NCBI GenBank assembly: GCA_002506485.1
Contig: DAXQ01000068.1
Span: 1 to 39,167 of the forward strand
DNA: 39,167 bases
Direction: 5' to 3'
Source of the DNA: Euryarchaeota archaeon UBA136
Lineage (GTDB): Archaea > Thermoplasmatota > Poseidoniia > MGIII > CG-Epi1
Position numbers and translations under genes: made by a program. The number at the start of each line of letters is the position of its first letter. Position 1 is the first letter of the stretch. Positions 36,928-39,167 of this stretch are shown here, piece after piece. A model generated the notes under the pieces. It searched no databases. It saw only the letters and a list, made by a program, of their open reading frames with translations, and was not told where the DNA came from.

Positions 36928-37521
36928 ATGATTGAAGTGCTTGTAAACCTTGAAGGAATCGATGGTTGTGGGAAATCAACACAGTCCAAACTATTACGGG
37001 AGAAACTGGAGGGAGAAGGTGAGAAGGTCATAATCCTGAAAGAGCCTACGAAAAGGCCACATGGGCAGAAATTATGGGATATGCTGCATGGAAAGAGAAA
37101 AGCGACCAACGAAGAAATATTGGAACTTTTTGTTTTAGACAGAAAACAGCATGTAGAGGAGAAAATACAGCCCGCTCTGAATGATGGAAATGTGGTCCTG
37201 ATGGACCGTTATTACTATTCATCAATGGCCTACCAAGTTGCAGGAGGGATAGATGTCGAGGATATTCGTGAAAAGCATGCATTCGCTCCAAAACCAGATA
37301 TTGTCCTGATTTTCGATCTGCCAGTGTCTGTTGCCCTGGAAAGAGTAAAAGGACATAGTGATGCGGATGAATTCGAGAAGGATGAGCATCTGAAAAAGGT
37401 CAGAATCGCTTATCTTGATCTCGAGAATGACCCGCTGGTCAGAATTGTTGACGCTACAGGAACACCCGAAGAGATTTTCGGAAACGTCTGGAAATTGGTG
37501 TCCGAGGTAAGGAATGGCTGA
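36928..37521 (+). CDS. tmk: Thymidylate kinase (dTMP kinase)
   Basis: EGIDGCGKSTQ, KEP, LF..DR..H, DRYYYSS.AYQ and P.PD....D. Confidence 0.96.
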   Translation: MIEVLVNLEGIDGCGKSTQSKLLREKLEGEGEKVIILKEPTKRPHGQKLWDMLHGKRKATNEEILELFVLDRKQHVEEKIQPALNDGNVVLMDRYYYSSMAYQVAGGIDVEDIREKHAFAPKPDIVLIFDLPVSVALERVKGHSDADEFEKDEHLKKVRIAYLDLENDPLVRIVDATGTPEEIFGNVWKLVSEVRNG

Positions 37522-37963
37522 TTTTCTCTTTTATGCAAAGATAGTGCTGCTGATTGTGCTATTGTACGATGTTGGCATACTTTTCAGGAAACCAGAAGAA
37601 GGAAGTAAAGTTGCCAAACTTGATTTCTGGACGGAGATGGAACGCAAGGGAATCAATGCCCTCCTGATTCCAAGCACAATGGTGTTCATTATCTGTCTGG
37701 ATATCGTTCAAGAAGTTGACATTTACCTGTCTACCTCTCTTTTTGTATTAAGTCTGCTTTACCTCGGATATCCTCGTCCTTTTGCCTTCGGAAAGAATGG
37801 AATTTTACTGGATGGAAAAATTATTGCCACAGATAGGATTCTCAAGGCCAAGAAAACGGAAAAGGGCGCCAAGATCTCGATTGAATGGTACGGCTGGCTG
37901 ATGGAGAAGGACTTGCCAGTTTCTGATGTTACGGATTCGATTCTGAAAGAATTCAGCGACTAA
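37514..37963 (+). CDS. Hypothetical membrane protein
   Basis: About three hydrophobic segments followed by a small soluble beta region. Its start overlaps the tmk stop, with a GAGGT RBS. Confidence 0.6.
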   Translation: MADFLFYAKIVLLIVLLYDVGILFRKPEEGSKVAKLDFWTEMERKGINALLIPSTMVFIICLDIVQEVDIYLSTSLFVLSLLYLGYPRPFAFGKNGILLDGKIIATDRILKAKKTEKGAKISIEWYGWLMEKDLPVSDVTDSILKEFSD

Positions 37964-39153
37964 GAAAAAACACCGAGAACACACTGGAATATACTATACA
38001 TTCCTGAAATTGGGCCAATATCTCCTTTATTCTTCAACCTGTTTCCAGCGATCTCATCCAGTTCCCTCAGAACATCAAGAGTCCTTGGTGTATCCAGATC
38101 GTCACTCAAAGCATCCTCGAATTTGGTGACCAAGGGTGCTGTTTCCTCATCCTCTCTTGGATCTGTCGGTTCCACAACCATGCAATCCACTGCATTGACA
38201 CCCAATCTTTCACCTTCCTGACACGCTTCAAGCAATCCCTCTGGTGAATAGGGAGTGAAATCACGATAATGAAAACCCAACAAGTAGAACCTAAGAGCTG
38301 GTGGTGGACAATCCTTGAAGACTTCCTCCAAAGTGATTCTTTCTCCCCTTGATTTTGATAATTTGCCTTCAGAATCCTCCATCAGGCCGTTATGCATCCA
38401 GAAATCACAATAATTTCCTAATCCTATCTTCTCAGCAAGGATGATCTCGGATTCATGGTGCGGATAGATTAGGTCTACACCTCCCCAGTGAATATCAATA
38501 GGCAAATCCAGTTCCGACGACGACATCAATGTACATTCAAGATGCCAACCCGGCCGACCTGGAGGTAAACCCTCGAATTCCCAGATTTTACCTCCTTCAA
38601 TAGGCGGACCCCAGAGCAAAGTGTCGTGGGGGCTTTCCTTGGGCCCAGAGTCGACTTCCGATGTGCCTTGAGCCAGAGATTCTTCGAGATCGACGCCCAA
38701 TAATTTGCCATGCTCTTCATGCTTGATACGCAAGAAAATTCCCTGATCTGTCTGGTAGGCTTCCCCTTTCTCCAGCAATTTCCGGGATTCAGTAGCTATT
38801 TGCTCAACAAAATCCGAGGCCCTTGTATATTTTGTGGCAGAAGTGTTCGAAAGTAGCTTCATTTTATCCAGAAATTCTTTCTCGTATCGAAGAGAGAATT
38901 CCAATTCATCCATACTGGACTTTGCGGCTCCGATTGCAGTTTCGTCAGATACATCCGTAAAATTCTGTATGTGATTTACCTCATATCCCTTGTATCCTAA
39001 CCATCTTTTCAGGATATCGAATGAGACGTAGGATTTAGCATGACCCAGATGAGTGTCCGAATAAACCGTGGGACCGCAGATATACAACCCCAATTTCTTG
39101 GAATCAGGGGCAAAATCCTCCTTTTGCCCAGATGCGGTATTGAATAGCTTCAA
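37960..39153 (-). CDS. Cysteine--tRNA ligase paralog lacking the C-terminal anticodon-binding domain (MshC-like architecture)
   Basis: CGPTVY..THLGH, GRPGWHLEC, GG.DL.YPHHE.E, KLSKSRG and DDLDTP. The 397-aa protein ends at VLGVFS right after the helical-bundle domain. Confidence 0.85.
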   Translation of the reverse strand: MKLFNTASGQKEDFAPDSKKLGLYICGPTVYSDTHLGHAKSYVSFDILKRWLGYKGYEVNHIQNFTDVSDETAIGAAKSSMDELEFSLRYEKEFLDKMKLLSNTSATKYTRASDFVEQIATESRKLLEKGEAYQTDQGIFLRIKHEEHGKLLGVDLEESLAQGTSEVDSGPKESPHDTLLWGPPIEGGKIWEFEGLPPGRPGWHLECTLMSSSELDLPIDIHWGGVDLIYPHHESEIILAEKIGLGNYCDFWMHNGLMEDSEGKLSKSRGERITLEEVFKDCPPPALRFYLLGFHYRDFTPYSPEGLLEACQEGERLGVNAVDCMVVEPTDPREDEETAPLVTKFEDALSDDLDTPRTLDVLRELDEIAGNRLKNKGDIGPISGMYSIFQCVLGVFS

Positions 39154-39167
39154 CCTTTGTCCCCCCC

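Noticed and set aside
1-39167. CRISPR arrays, IS elements, integrase or att duplication at tRNA-Val
   Set aside because: No regularly spaced repeats, transposase or recombinase motifs, or duplicated tRNA 3' end were seen by eye.

Overview
Gene-dense archaeal chromosomal segment of roughly 40% GC (estimated by eye). Archaeal markers are Rpo4, eL21, eL41, Pus10, DUF655, PriS, TYW1/Taw1, archaeal-type PheS/PheT and two geranylgeranyl reductases. Several bacterial-type metabolic genes and a SAP-domain protein suggest a marine Thermoplasmatota archaeon, possibly Marine Group III/II (inference). Most of the window is housekeeping: translation, tRNA modification, nucleotide and NAD metabolism, plus one tRNA-Val(UAC). 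I found no CRISPR array, transposase or integrase. Four genes are missing from the ORF track: a partial GGR, eL41, an AbrB-like regulator and a 38-aa peptide. The most unusual features are: (1) a ~1770-aa cell-surface protein of 13 Ig-like repeats whose short cytoplasmic tail is a ubiquitin-like domain, transcribed divergently from an RHH-HTH regulator across a three-copy operator-like repeat; (2) RNA polymerase Rpo4 with an inserted C4 zinc ribbon and acidic loop; (3) a CysRS paralog lacking the anticodon-binding domain (MshC-like), near a cluster encoding a gamma-glutamyl hydrolase, a PqqB-like protein, a methyltransferase, a PLP enzyme and an exporter; (4) a probable split glutamine-dependent NAD synthetase; (5) an RBS-sequestering hairpin and a motif-rich region upstream of class II ribonucleotide reductase. 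All calls come from motif recognition by eye; no database searches were run.
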